From: Candidatus Planktophila sp.
GTDB taxonomy: Bacteria > Actinomycetota > Actinomycetes > Nanopelagicales > Nanopelagicaceae
NCBI GenBank assembly: GCA_046070465.1
Contig: JBJTMK010000125.1
Strand: one strand, 5' to 3'
Length of the DNA stretch: 33,262 nucleotides
Part shown: piece by piece, positions 1 to 9,615 of the stretch
Position numbering within the stretch: the stretch's first letter is position 1
How the letters are laid out: every line of letters starts with the position of its first letter
Notes under the pieces: generated by a model
What the model saw: the letters and a program-made list of their open reading frames with translations, nothing else
Database searches by the model: none
What the model was told of the DNA's origin: nothing
Position numbers and translations under genes: made by a program

Positions 1-103
1 CTTAATAGTTTCCAGCGCAAGATAGTTCACGTATCCCTCTTCGCTTTTCTATCAAATCTAGTGATTCTGTCGTGGACCAATTCATTTGTTGGATCGATTC
101 CAT
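1..103. repeat. Inverted copy of positions 638-740 (internal lnt sequence), 101/103 identical
   Basis: Position i pairs with 741-i from 1 to 103, with mismatches only at 60 and 69. The + ORF at 61 starts (V)ILSWTNSFVGSIP, identical to residues in the - strand Lnt. Confidence 0.95.
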
Positions 104-851
104 TTAACTTTCTCTCCGCGACGATGTTCTTTAGTGGATCCACATCTATCGCATTTTCAGGCCAGATGATCAAATCCTCACTACCGTCTCGATCACGTAA
201 AGACGTTTTAATATGGAGGTCCAGCACAGCCTGTGCTCGGGCATTGAAATTCAAACCCCTTTCAGGTACTCCCCCTTGTATCGCTAAAACATTGAGCGAA
301 TCGACGGAGTGTGAGCTAGTAGGCGCTAATTGCGAGGCCACGAACAAAGTAAAGAGCAAGAGCGCAATTCTTCTATTGGGATGAAGGAGAAGATATGAGA
401 CCAGAAGAGTGATTCCCGAAAGCGCGGTAATACCAACCACACTCACGAGCGGAGAGTATGGAGAGTCGATTTGTGAAAATGCGATTCGAGTCCAGGCGAA
501 ACCTCCGAAAGGGATTCGTGACTTGAGAGATTCGCTCAGCAAAACCAAGAAGATGAAGAGTGGAGCGCTTCTGGATTTTCTAGCGAAGAACCCTAAGGGA
601 AGAATATAGATAATTTGAAGCAGAGAGAGAAGAATCCATGGAATCGATCCAACAAATGAATTGGTCCACGAGAGAATCACCAGATTTGATAGAAAAGCGA
701 AGAGGGATACGTGAACTATCTTGCGCTGGAAACTATTAAGAACCCAGAAAAGAAGTGCGTACGCAATCGGTGCAAAGAACCAGATTGCAACAGGTTCAAA
801 ACTTAAGGCGTAAAGAAGCGCTGCAAGAGAGGTGAGAAGTAAACCTTTCAT
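27..851 (-). CDS. lnt: Apolipoprotein N-acyltransferase, 3'-truncated (genuine sequence about 104-851; tail is read-through into the inverted copy)
   Basis: Multi-TM N-terminus with 'PFGGFAW' and the nitrilase-fold 'IIWPENA' motif. ATG at 851 overlaps the upstream TAA. The C-terminal catalytic Lys/Cys region is missing. Confidence 0.85.
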   Translation of the reverse strand: MKGLLLTSLAALLYALSFEPVAIWFFAPIAYALLFWVLNSFQRKIVHVSLFAFLSNLVILSWTNSFVGSIPWILLSLLQIIYILPLGFFARKSRSAPLFIFLVLLSESLKSRIPFGGFAWTRIAFSQIDSPYSPLVSVVGITALSGITLLVSYLLLHPNRRIALLLFTLFVASQLAPTSSHSVDSLNVLAIQGGVPERGLNFNARAQAVLDLHIKTSLRDRDGSEDLIIWPENAIDVDPLKNIVAERKLNGIDPTNELVHDRITRFDRKAKRDT

Positions 852-1753
852 TACCAACCGAGAGCAGAAATCAGACGATCCACGCTTGCGCCAAGACCGT
901 ACTCTTCCTTCATCTGGTAAATCTGAGAGAGATCTGTGGGCTTCTTCGGCATTGCGATATCCATAGAGGGCAATGCGACATCTCTTGCGCAATGAACAAG
1001 AGTTGGAGCAATTTTGAGGTACTCCTCGCCTGCGATGATCTTTTTAGCAAGCGCAGCAGGTAGAGCTTCGTGCCCGGCTTGAGCAGCAGCGAGTGCTTCA
1101 TTTGTGGTGGCAAAATGGTTTGCAATGAGAGCCGCACCCTTTTCACCAATACCCTTAACACCGGGTAGGCCATCGGAAGGATCGCCGCGGAACATGGCAA
1201 AGAGTGCATAACGATCACCTGGGATTCCGTACTTATTAGCTACGAACTGGGTATCGACTAGATCGTGATTGGTGATTCCCTTTGCGAGGTAGACAACCTT
1301 GATATCGCGTTTATCATCAACAAGCTGGAAGAGATCGCGATCTCCAGTTACAACGCGAATCGGCCCCTTCTCATGTGTAGCAAAGGTAGCCATGACATCA
1401 TCGGCTTCGTAATCGTCGACGCCCACCATAGGAATACCAAAGGCATCGATAAGATCAAGCAAGACAGGGATCTGCGGCGTGAGAGTCTCCGGCTCTTCCT
1501 CTTCATCGCTATCTACCTCGAGACGATTCGCCTTGTAATCAGGCCAGAGATCAACGCGCCATGAAGGTCGCCAATCCCCTTCGATACATGCAACTAAGCG
1601 ATTTGGTGAATACATAGAAACCAATCGAGCTGTCATATCGAGGTATCCTCGGATTGCATTGACAGGCATTCCAGAAGGTGAAAGCAAGGTATCTGGCATG
1701 CCATAGTAAGCGCGATACCAGAGCGATGCACTGTCAAGAAGCATGAGAGTCAT
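851..1753 (-). CDS. Stand-alone 5'-3' exonuclease / flap endonuclease (PolA N-terminal-like)
   Basis: Motifs LLDSASLWYRAYY, YKANR, EADDVMAT, VTGDRDLFQL and GDPSDGLPGVKGIGEKGA (H3TH). Adjacent to helY. Confidence 0.93.
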   Translation of the reverse strand: MTLMLLDSASLWYRAYYGMPDTLLSPSGMPVNAIRGYLDMTARLVSMYSPNRLVACIEGDWRPSWRVDLWPDYKANRLEVDSDEEEEPETLTPQIPVLLDLIDAFGIPMVGVDDYEADDVMATFATHEKGPIRVVTGDRDLFQLVDDKRDIKVVYLAKGITNHDLVDTQFVANKYGIPGDRYALFAMFRGDPSDGLPGVKGIGEKGAALIANHFATTNEALAAAQAGHEALPAALAKKIIAGEEYLKIAPTLVHCARDVALPSMDIAMPKKPTDLSQIYQMKEEYGLGASVDRLISALGW

Positions 1754-4134
1754 AATTCGCTCACCATATACGAGACCACTCCCCTATCGATGCGCTTTAT
1801 TGCTTCTTTACACTGAGGTCGCAATTTATCTGAAGCGCCAGAAATTTGAGTCAGTAAATCTATGAGCTGCTTCATATTACGTACGAAATCTCCGACTGTC
1901 ATATCACTGCCCTTGAGCACACTACTCAGTGAGTGACCACTGGCCCAGCGGTATGAGGCATAACAGAAACCAAAGTCAGGTTCCTTCTGAGTCTGAACAC
2001 CAAAGTCCTCTTCGATATCTTCTAATTGGCTCCAGATAGAGGCAATCGAAGCAAGCGCATTAGCAACATTTTGATGCGGCATCTTTGGCGAATAGTTTTC
2101 ACTGCCACGACTTTCATAGATCACTGTAGAGACTACTGAGACGAGTTCGGGCGCTGCCAGGTCATCAAGTACTCCATTTCTTATGGTCTCAGTGAGTAAA
2201 AGATCTGATTCAGCATAAATCTTGGCAAGAATTTTTCCTTGCTCAAGCGGCTTCTCACCCTCAATATATCCCAGATGATTCAAGACATCGCAGATGCGAT
2301 CAAAAGTTTTCGCGATCACATGTGTGCGATTTTCTACACGTTCACGTAACCCAGCTGACTCGCGATTCAAACGAGCGGCACGCTCGGCAAATCGTGCATG
2401 TGTTTCCCGGTCGTTACATGAATGGCACTCATGTTGGCGCAATTGACGGCGCAATCTATCGAGTTCATTTTCCATATGCTGACGTTGACGATTATCGAAT
2501 GTACGTCGACCGTCACGTTTGCTGAGAAGTCGTTCAGTATCCTTAATCTCCATGCGGATACTCGCATATTCTTCAAAGTTACCAAGATGACAAACAGCCA
2601 TATCCAGTTGCTCTTTAGCTGCTAGATCATTCTTGCGAATCTGCTTCACCAGTCCGACAACAGCACGATCTGCTTGGAACTGAGCAAAAGATGATTCAAG
2701 ACTTGTGCGTGCCCGCTCGCGACCAAATCGTGCAATTAGGTTGATGGACATGTTGTATGAAGGCGTGAAAGAGGATCTCAATGGATAGGTACGTGTTGAT
2801 GCAAGACCGGCGGCAGTGGCTGAATCAACAGTAGGAGACCATAAAACGACCGCATTACCCTCTATGTCGATTCCGCGACGACCAGCGCGACCTGTGAGCT
2901 GTGTGTACTCCCCTGGCGTTATAGAGACATGACCTTCGCCATTCCACTTGGTTAACTTCTCTAAGACAACTGTTCGCGCTGGCATGTTAATTCCCAGTGC
3001 GAGCGTCTCAGTCGCAAAGACAGCCTTCACTAATCCTCGTTGGAAGAGATCTTCCACTGCACCCTTAAAACTCGGAAGCAGCCCCGCATGGTGAGCGGCA
3101 ATTCCGCGCTCAAGTGCTAATAACCAATCTCGATAACCCAAAACCTCTAAATCTTCCTCAGCTATGTTCTGTGTGTATGCAGTTGCGGTATTAATAATCG
3201 CAAGACGCTCTTCTGCATTTGTCAGTTTGATACCCGCTTGCAGACACTGCTTGACGGCCGCATCGCATCCCGCACGTGAGAAGATAAAGGTAATTGCTGG
3301 TAAAAGATTCTCACGCTGCAACTTATCGATCACCTCATCACGGCTGAGGCGGTCTTCTTCATTGGAGAAGCGATCTCTTCTATGTCGTGGGGTTCGAACA
3401 CGCTTTAGCGCCTGACGTTCTAGCCCGAGAATTTCCGGGTTGACTCGGCCTGGTTCGCTAAAGAGGTCGATAAGGCGATTGCCAATCAAGACATGTTGAT
3501 AGAGCGGGATGGGGCGAACTTCGCTGACGATGACATCTGTCTGGCCACGAACTTCACCCAGCCATTCACCGAACTCTTCTGCGTTACTGACTGTCGCTGA
3601 AAGAGAGATTACTTGGACGCTCTCCATCAAGTGGATAAGAACTTCCTCCCAGACAGCGCCACGGAATTTATCTGCAAGGTAATGAACTTCATCCATCACC
3701 ACTGCGCCAAGATTAAGCAAGGTCGATGAATTGGCATACAACATATTGCGCAAGACTTCTGTGGTCATCACCATGATGTCCGCATCTGAATTGATATTAG
3801 TATCACCGGTGAGAAGTCCCACGCGATCTTCACCAAAGCGCGCTACGAACTCGTGATACTTTTGATTGGAGAGCGCCTTGATAGGTGTTGTATAAAAACA
3901 CTTCTTGCCTCGTGCCAGCGAACTAAAAGCAGCGAATTCTCCTACGACAGTCTTTCCGGCACCGGTGGGAGCGGCAACAAGGACCCCTCTGCCATCTTCC
4001 ACTGCATGGCAGGCAACAATTTGAAATTCATCGAAACCGAAATCAAATTGCGCAATGAAGTCATTTGTAAGTGGGTGAGACGAACGCTTCTTTGCGGCTG
4101 CGTAACGCTCGGCAGGAGTGGCTACAGAATCCAT
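1750..4134 (-). CDS. helY: DEAD/DEAH-box Ski2-like RNA helicase HelY
   Basis: Motifs APTGAGKT, PIKALSNQK, DEVH, SAT and QLTGRAGRRG, plus a DSHCT-like C-terminus. Start placed at MDSVATP (inferred). Confidence 0.92.
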   Translation of the reverse strand: MDSVATPAERYAAAKKRSSHPLTNDFIAQFDFGFDEFQIVACHAVEDGRGVLVAAPTGAGKTVVGEFAAFSSLARGKKCFYTTPIKALSNQKYHEFVARFGEDRVGLLTGDTNINSDADIMVMTTEVLRNMLYANSSTLLNLGAVVMDEVHYLADKFRGAVWEEVLIHLMESVQVISLSATVSNAEEFGEWLGEVRGQTDVIVSEVRPIPLYQHVLIGNRLIDLFSEPGRVNPEILGLERQALKRVRTPRHRRDRFSNEEDRLSRDEVIDKLQRENLLPAITFIFSRAGCDAAVKQCLQAGIKLTNAEERLAIINTATAYTQNIAEEDLEVLGYRDWLLALERGIAAHHAGLLPSFKGAVEDLFQRGLVKAVFATETLALGINMPARTVVLEKLTKWNGEGHVSITPGEYTQLTGRAGRRGIDIEGNAVVLWSPTVDSATAAGLASTRTYPLRSSFTPSYNMSINLIARFGRERARTSLESSFAQFQADRAVVGLVKQIRKNDLAAKEQLDMAVCHLGNFEEYASIRMEIKDTERLLSKRDGRRTFDNRQRQHMENELDRLRRQLRQHECHSCNDRETHARFAERAARLNRESAGLRERVENRTHVIAKTFDRICDVLNHLGYIEGEKPLEQGKILAKIYAESDLLLTETIRNGVLDDLAAPELVSVVSTVIYESRGSENYSPKMPHQNVANALASIASIWSQLEDIEEDFGVQTQKEPDFGFCYASYRWASGHSLSSVLKGSDMTVGDFVRNMKQLIDLLTQISGASDKLRPQCKEAIKRIDRGVVSYMVSEL

Positions 4135-4988
4135 GTGAGTCCCGCATCCTTGACGCATTCAGCTGAAATTGGTGCAGCTCCGATTCGTTCACCATCGGCA
4201 TATGCGACGGCGCTTGCGGAAATAGTGACTTTATTGGCTCGCATCGAGCGCACTTGCGGATGATGGATATGAGAACCCGAATACACCTTCGGGAAAGTCT
4301 TTATGAATTCCGCCTTGCTTACGGGTTCGAGGATGACAACATCAAAGAGGCCATCATGAAGTTGAGCTTGAGGACAAACATTCATGCCACCCCCGTAGGA
4401 CTTTCCATTGCCAATCGCAACTAACATGGCCTTAGTAGAAAAGGTCTTGGCATCGCAGGTAATCTCATATTCGATGGGCCTGAACTTTGGAAGTTCGAGG
4501 GCGATAGCGACGTTATAGCGCTGAGGTCCCTTAGGCCATTTCAACTTATTTGCACGTTCGTTGACGACCGAATCAAATCCTGTCGAAAGGATTGCTCCGA
4601 ACCATTCGGAATCTACATTTCCGAGATCGATTGGAGCTGGTTGGGATGAAATAACTCGTCTGAGAAGGGGCTCAATATCCGTCAGAGACCACCCCAGAGT
4701 TCGCACAAAGTCATTGCCTGTACCGGCTGGAACAATTGCAAATGGCACATGTCGAGGTACGCACACTTGCAATACGAGATGAGCCAAGCCATCTCCCCCG
4801 ACCGCGATTACACCTTGATACTTCGATGAATCGAGTTCATTGGAGAGTAATCGAAGCAGTTCTTCTGCGCTACTAGCAGCAAGAGATTGGTAATCAACGC
4901 CAGCAGAAGCGAGAAAAGATGTGACATGAGATGCAACGATAGCCCCTCTCCCGTTTCCGGAATGAGGGTTGATCGCAATCAGCCACAT
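4122..4988 (-). CDS. Diacylglycerol kinase family (YegS/DAGK) lipid kinase
   Basis: Motifs INPHSG, VGGDG, PAGTGNDF and GNGKSYGGG. Usual position between tatC and helY. Confidence 0.92.
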   Translation of the reverse strand: MWLIAINPHSGNGRGAIVASHVTSFLASAGVDYQSLAASSAEELLRLLSNELDSSKYQGVIAVGGDGLAHLVLQVCVPRHVPFAIVPAGTGNDFVRTLGWSLTDIEPLLRRVISSQPAPIDLGNVDSEWFGAILSTGFDSVVNERANKLKWPKGPQRYNVAIALELPKFRPIEYEITCDAKTFSTKAMLVAIGNGKSYGGGMNVCPQAQLHDGLFDVVILEPVSKAEFIKTFPKVYSGSHIHHPQVRSMRANKVTISASAVAYADGERIGAAPISAECVKDAGLTWIL

Positions 4989-5000
4989 ACGACAAACTCC

Positions 5001-5843
5001 TTATGTATCTGGTTGATCGATTGGAGCTGCCGACTCGATCGGAGCTGCCGGAAGAATCGCTCCTTCACCGCCTTCGCTCTCTTTGAAACTCTTTGCACGT
5101 CTGCGGTCATTGAGAAGTGCGATACCGCCTGCCATAAAGTAGAGAGCAATCAACGGAACTGCGAGCAGCAACATTGATAGTGGATCAGCACTAGGCGTGA
5201 AGCCTGCGATAAAGAGAGTGATACCAAAAATCCAAAGACGCCACGGTTTGAGGATGGCCTTACCGCTTAAGAAGCCGATGAAGTTAAAGGTCACCAAGAA
5301 GACAGGAAGTTCGAAGGCGATTCCGAAGAGAAGAATGACGCGAAGAACGAAATCAAGGTAATCGTCGAACTTCACAAGGTTCGAGAGAGCATTAGGGGTA
5401 AAGCCAAAGAGAACTCGTATAGCGATCGGAAGGATGATGTAACCGAGAGTTGCACCAGCTGCGAAGAAGGGGGTCGCTGCAACAAAGAATGCGATGGAGT
5501 TTCGCTTCTCCTTGCGGTGAAGAGCAGGTGCGATAAAGGCCCAGAGCTGATAGAGCCAGATCGGCGCCATCACTATCACTCCCGTAAGGAGAGCGACCTT
5601 AATCTGCAGATTGAGGGGACCGAGGACGCCGTTGATGTAGAGCGAACCACAATGTGTTGCCCCCTGCTGCTGCGCCTTCTTGAGGTCGCAGACAGGTTCG
5701 GCTAACTTCGTGATAATTGGGTTATAGAGAATCCAACCAAAGACAAATCCCACCATGATTGCGATGGAAGATTTCACTACACGTCGGCGCAGCTCGCGTA
5801 AATGTTCGATAAGCGGCATGCGACCGCCATCTGGGGTCGCCAT
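5001..5843 (-). CDS. tatC: Twin-arginine translocase subunit TatC
   Basis: Motifs MPLIEHLRELRRR, YQLWAFIAPAL, FELP and TPSADP. Hydrophobic helices. Confidence 0.96.
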   Translation of the reverse strand: MATPDGGRMPLIEHLRELRRRVVKSSIAIMVGFVFGWILYNPIITKLAEPVCDLKKAQQQGATHCGSLYINGVLGPLNLQIKVALLTGVIVMAPIWLYQLWAFIAPALHRKEKRNSIAFFVAATPFFAAGATLGYIILPIAIRVLFGFTPNALSNLVKFDDYLDFVLRVILLFGIAFELPVFLVTFNFIGFLSGKAILKPWRLWIFGITLFIAGFTPSADPLSMLLLAVPLIALYFMAGGIALLNDRRRAKSFKESEGGEGAILPAAPIESAAPIDQPDT

Positions 5844-5849
5844 AAGAGA

Positions 5850-6044
5850 TTACTTCTCTGAAGAGTCTTCGCTCTTGCCAGTATCGCCAGGCTCGTCACT
5901 CTTCATCTCCTTCATTTCAGACTTGAAGATGCGCATAGAGCGACCTAAAGAGCGAGCTGAATCAGGAAGACGCTTAGCGCCAAAGAGAACAGTGACGACG
6001 ATGAGAAGCAGAAGAATGTGGCTTGGCTCGCGTAGGAATGGCAT
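5850..6044 (-). CDS. tatA: Twin-arginine translocase subunit TatA
   Basis: TM helix followed by [32 protein letters not shown] upstream. Confidence 0.95.
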   Translation of the reverse strand: MPFLREPSHILLLLIVVTVLFGAKRLPDSARSLGRSMRIFKSEMKEMKSDEPGDTGKSEDSSEK

Positions 6045-6109
6045 GTCAGTGGCTCCTTGAGGTGAAGTAGTACGTTCTTTACGGGCACACGCTATCGCAA
6101 GTAAGCGCT

Positions 6110-7018
6110 CTATGGAGCGTAGAGGGCGAGAATATTGGCCAAGTCACTTGATATTTCCTGGCGAAGTTGCGCCGGCTTGAGAAGTGCCAAATCGGGAGAA
6201 TAGGCCGTTACGGCCCTACGAACCCATTGCGGAGAGAAGATCTCAATGGCGAGCTCTCCCCCGCGAGGGATATCTGAGACTCCGAGCAGTTCGGCTATGG
6301 CTCTCTCTGAGCCGCTGACCTTGAAGAGAACCTCGCCAACTTCCTCTTTCGACTCTGCAATTGTTCTGGCGCTCGCCGGAGTCGCGAGAATTGTGAGCGA
6401 TTGAATTCGATCAAGACGGAAGTTGCGCTGGCCATTCTGCATGTGACAGAAGGCTATGAGATAGGTGTGACCGTTCTCAACGTATACCTCAAGTGGATCC
6501 ACAGTGCGAATCGTGAGTTCATCCTTAACTGGCGAGAGGTAGTTCAACTCGACAACTTGACGTGATGCGATTGCCTTATGAATAGCTGCAAGATGGGCGG
6601 TGCTCTCTGAGTTATGAACTTCAATGGACTCACCGATGAGACTACGCAATTGTGCGATGAGCTCATCGATCGTGGCAATCACTCGGCAATCGTGATCGGC
6701 TGCGCTATCGCGAAGAATTTCCAGACCAATGAGAAGCGACGCCACCTCTAGAGAGGTAAGTGCTCGAGGAATATCTAATGCCTCATGGTTATTGATGGTA
6801 ACAAAACCAGTGTCGAAGAAAATTTCAATCAATTCGTAAGGGGTATATCCCGGTAGTCCACACATAGAGAGGGCGGTAAGTTCATTCGCCATCTCCTTCT
6901 CAGTGACATTAAACTCGGTAGCAAGTTCCTTCAGTGAGATGTGAGAATGTGTCGAGAGATAGGGAACTAAATCGAGCAGTCGTGAAACCTCTTGTATCGG
7001 CGCAGTTAATTTAGCCAT
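6110..7018 (-). CDS. pafC: WYL-domain transcriptional activator PafC
   Basis: HTH N-terminus (RLLDLVPYL...[13 protein letters not shown]) and WYL-type 'TYLIAFC...RNFRLDRI'. Lies between pafB and tatA. Confidence 0.88.
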   Translation of the reverse strand: MAKLTAPIQEVSRLLDLVPYLSTHSHISLKELATEFNVTEKEMANELTALSMCGLPGYTPYELIEIFFDTGFVTINNHEALDIPRALTSLEVASLLIGLEILRDSAADHDCRVIATIDELIAQLRSLIGESIEVHNSESTAHLAAIHKAIASRQVVELNYLSPVKDELTIRTVDPLEVYVENGHTYLIAFCHMQNGQRNFRLDRIQSLTILATPASARTIAESKEEVGEVLFKVSGSERAIAELLGVSDIPRGGELAIEIFSPQWVRRAVTAYSPDLALLKPAQLRQEISSDLANILALYAP

Positions 7019-7952
7019 GATTGGCCACCGCCTTGTTCAGGATCGAGACAATCTTTGCGCGTAATTCCACCGGTTCAAGAATGTATGCATTCTCCCCTGC
7101 CCAGAGAACTTCACGAATAATCTGAGCATCACTTCGATACTGAATTTCAGCCACATCCCATTCTGCATCGAGTTCGCTTACAGTGGCTTCTGAGCGCAGG
7201 GTGGCGCCCTTTCCCTTTCGGATTGCAACTCGCGCTACCGATACATCATCTGATTCACGAAGTTCCATGGCATCGAGAGCTTCTATATCAACAGTGAAGG
7301 CACCCGCATTTCCCTTAACGGAGACTGCGGATGCGAAGCGATCTAGCCGGAAAGTGCGAAGCCCTTCCTTGGCTTTATCCATAGCGATGAGATACCAATA
7401 TCCGCGTGAGTTTGAGAGTCGATAGGGCTCAACAGTTCGAAGAGAGATAGAGAGATCCTCGCCGCGATATTCAAAAGCGACCACGCGCTTCTCTGTGATA
7501 GCCTCAATGAGCTCTGCAATCTGTTCGGGAACGTCACCGGGAATTGAAGTGATATTGACGATTGCGTCAATATCGGAATCTATTCCGAGTGATTTCAATT
7601 TGCGAAGTCCGGATTGAGCAGAACTACCGAGCGCAGCTTCACGCCAGAGTTTGCTCGCCTGGGAAAGAAGTGCAATGGAGGTTGCATCAAGATCCGAAAG
7701 TTGAAGTGCATAATGTTCGGGCTTGATTCGATAACCGGCCTCATCTTCGAAGAGAGGATCAAAGGTTCCGAGCTCTATATTGATACCGAGTGAGCGAAGG
7801 TCTTCCTTATCTCGTTCGAACATACGATCTTTAGCCTCAGGGTCTCCTGAGTAACCAGCTACGTTCTTAAAGATCTCAGCTTTGGTGAGATATCTCTTTG
7901 TGGCAAGTAGTGCGATGGTGAGGTTAACTAGCCTCTCACTCTTCCGAGACAC
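7011..7952 (-). CDS. pafB: WYL-domain transcriptional activator PafB
   Basis: Motifs SRKSERLVNLTIALL, RMFERDKEDLR, YWYL and RTFRLDR. GTG start at 7952 inferred from the family N-terminus. Confidence 0.88.
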   Translation of the reverse strand: MSRKSERLVNLTIALLATKRYLTKAEIFKNVAGYSGDPEAKDRMFERDKEDLRSLGINIELGTFDPLFEDEAGYRIKPEHYALQLSDLDATSIALLSQASKLWREAALGSSAQSGLRKLKSLGIDSDIDAIVNITSIPGDVPEQIAELIEAITEKRVVAFEYRGEDLSISLRTVEPYRLSNSRGYWYLIAMDKAKEGLRTFRLDRFASAVSVKGNAGAFTVDIEALDAMELRESDDVSVARVAIRKGKGATLRSEATVSELDAEWDVAEIQYRSDAQIIREVLWAGENAYILEPVELRAKIVSILNKAVANHG

Positions 7953-8802
7953 CGTATGCGCCCTTTGCTGGACGTCGGCGTCGCGGAAGCACATCGACAC
8001 CTGGTGCCATACGTCGTGACTGAATCAGAAAACCTGTGTGGCCAATCATGCGCTGCTGTGGTCGTACAGCAAGTCCTTCATGGTGCCATCCACGAACCAT
8101 AGTCTCTGAGCTTTCTGGCTCAGTAAATCGACCATCTTCCTTGAGCGCCTCTGCGGTCGCTGAAAGCTGTGTTGTGGTTGCAACGTAGGCCAGGAAGACG
8201 CCACCCGGGCGCAGCACTTCTGCAGCCATTGCCACACACTCCCATGGCGCCAACATATCGAGAACAACTCGATCGAATCCTTCAGAAAATTCTTGATCCT
8301 GAACTGAACCGACATCGAGCTTCCAATTGCTCGGTGTTTCTACAAAATAATCAGCAACGTTGGCCGAGGCTATCTTCGCAAAATCATCCCGGCGCTCGAC
8401 GCTATGCACAAAACCATCTCTTCCGACAGCGCGCAGAAGTGACAGAGTAAGTGCGCCGCTTCCTACGCCTGCTTCGAGAACTCGAGCACCAGGATAGATA
8501 TCAGCTACACCAACGATCATCGCTGCATCCTTGGGATAGACGATTGTGGCGCCACGAGGCATCGAAAGAACATAATCTGCCAGTAGAGGAATAAATGCGG
8601 TGAATTTCAGGCCAGCGGTTGTGCTGACGACAGAGCCTTCAGGCAATCCGATGAGGTCATCGTGAGTAATCCACCCTTTATGTGTGTGCCACTCCTTGCC
8701 GGGCGTAATCGTGAAGCTATAGAGCTTTCCTTTGGGATCGGTGAGCTGAACTCGATCGCCGGCTTTGAAGTAGCCGCTACCTTGATGAGGAGTCTGAGAC
8801 AC
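7936..8802 (-). CDS. trmI: tRNA (adenine(58)-N1)-methyltransferase
   Basis: Motifs GDRVQLTDPKG, MPRGATIVYPKD, LEAGVGSGAL, VLDMLAPW and GHTGFL. GTG at 8802 lies 7 nt after TAAGAT. Confidence 0.93.
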   Translation of the reverse strand: MSQTPHQGSGYFKAGDRVQLTDPKGKLYSFTITPGKEWHTHKGWITHDDLIGLPEGSVVSTTAGLKFTAFIPLLADYVLSMPRGATIVYPKDAAMIVGVADIYPGARVLEAGVGSGALTLSLLRAVGRDGFVHSVERRDDFAKIASANVADYFVETPSNWKLDVGSVQDQEFSEGFDRVVLDMLAPWECVAMAAEVLRPGGVFLAYVATTTQLSATAEALKEDGRFTEPESSETMVRGWHHEGLAVRPQQRMIGHTGFLIQSRRMAPGVDVLPRRRRPAKGAYGVSEE

Positions 8803-8863
8803 GTGGAGCATCTTAGGCGAGATAACGCCTACGTCCTACATATGACGGGTTAGGGTCGCGATA
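8802..8863. promoter_or_regulatory. Divergent leaderless -10 elements for trmI and the RecB-like gene
   Basis: TAAGAT (- strand, 8810-8815) is 7 nt before GTG 8802. TAGGGT (8851-8856) is 6 nt before ATG 8863. Confidence 0.6.
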
Positions 8864-9615
8864 TGGACCAGTTACGTCTCTCCCCCAGCCGCGTCAATGA
8901 TTTCACCAACTGTCCGCAGCTCTATAAATATCGTGCAATTCTCAATCTCCCTGAGCAAATTAGCCTCGATGCAGAACGCGGAAAATTGGTGCATGCTGTT
9001 TTGGAGGATCTCTTTGAACTTCCACGTGCAGAACGCAACCATGAAAGCGCACTCTCAATTCTTCCTCACGCGTGGGAGAAGCAGCTGACAGAGAAACCAG
9101 AGTTGGCTGAGCTCATTACAAGCCAGCAAGAGTGGATGGATCGCGCATCATCGCTCCTGCAATCATATTTTGGACTTGAAGATCCCACCGCTTTTGATTC
9201 CTCTTATCGCGAACTTCACTTGGAGCAGAATTTCACAGATCAGATTTATCTCCATGGCTATGTAGATCGTTTAGATATAGCACCAACGGGCGAAGTACGT
9301 ATCGTCGATTATAAAACTGGAAAGGCACCTAAACCTGGATGGGAGGAGAAAGCGCTCTTTCAATTGCGAGTCTATGCACTCTTGTATTGGCGCAACGAGG
9401 GCGTGCTTCCCCGGTTACTTCAATTGCTCTATTTGGGTGATGGAAAGACGGTAAAGAGTTCGCCCAGCGAGAAGGAACTCGAGGCTACCGAACGCATTGT
9501 GCGCAATATCGGTGACGAGATCTTGACCGCAATAGATACAGATTTCTTTCCCACTAAGAAGAGCCGGCTCTGCGATTGGTGTTCATTTAAGAACATCTGC
9601 CCCGCACACAATTAA
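8863..9615 (+). CDS. RecB-family PD-(D/E)XK exonuclease (Rv2119-like) with probable Fe-S cysteines
   Basis: Motifs LSPSR..F..CP, GYVDRLD, IVDYKTG, QL.VYA and C-terminal CDWCSFKNICP. Confidence 0.88.
   Translation: MDQLRLSPSRVNDFTNCPQLYKYRAILNLPEQISLDAERGKLVHAVLEDLFELPRAERNHESALSILPHAWEKQLTEKPELAELITSQQEWMDRASSLLQSYFGLEDPTAFDSSYRELHLEQNFTDQIYLHGYVDRLDIAPTGEVRIVDYKTGKAPKPGWEEKALFQLRVYALLYWRNEGVLPRLLQLLYLGDGKTVKSSPSEKELEATERIVRNIGDEILTAIDTDFFPTKKSRLCDWCSFKNICPAHN

Noticed and set aside
61-384. 107-aa + strand ORF sharing a peptide with Lnt
   Set aside because: It is produced by the inverted duplicate running into the antisense strand of lnt, so it is not a gene.
1-740. Possible DGR template/variable repeat pair or invertible (shufflon) segment
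   Set aside because: There are only two mismatches, both synonymous and not adenine-specific, and no reverse transcriptase or recombinase is in the window.
5020-5052. Short repeat GGAGCTGCCG at the tatC 3' end
   Set aside because: Two copies only, encoding a low-complexity AAPI tail.
6110-7952. WYL proteins as markers of a defence island
   Set aside because: Sequence and synteny with tatA-tatC identify them as core PafB/PafC.
8863-9615. Cas4 / CRISPR adaptation locus
   Set aside because: No repeats or other cas genes, and the gene is in a conserved housekeeping position.
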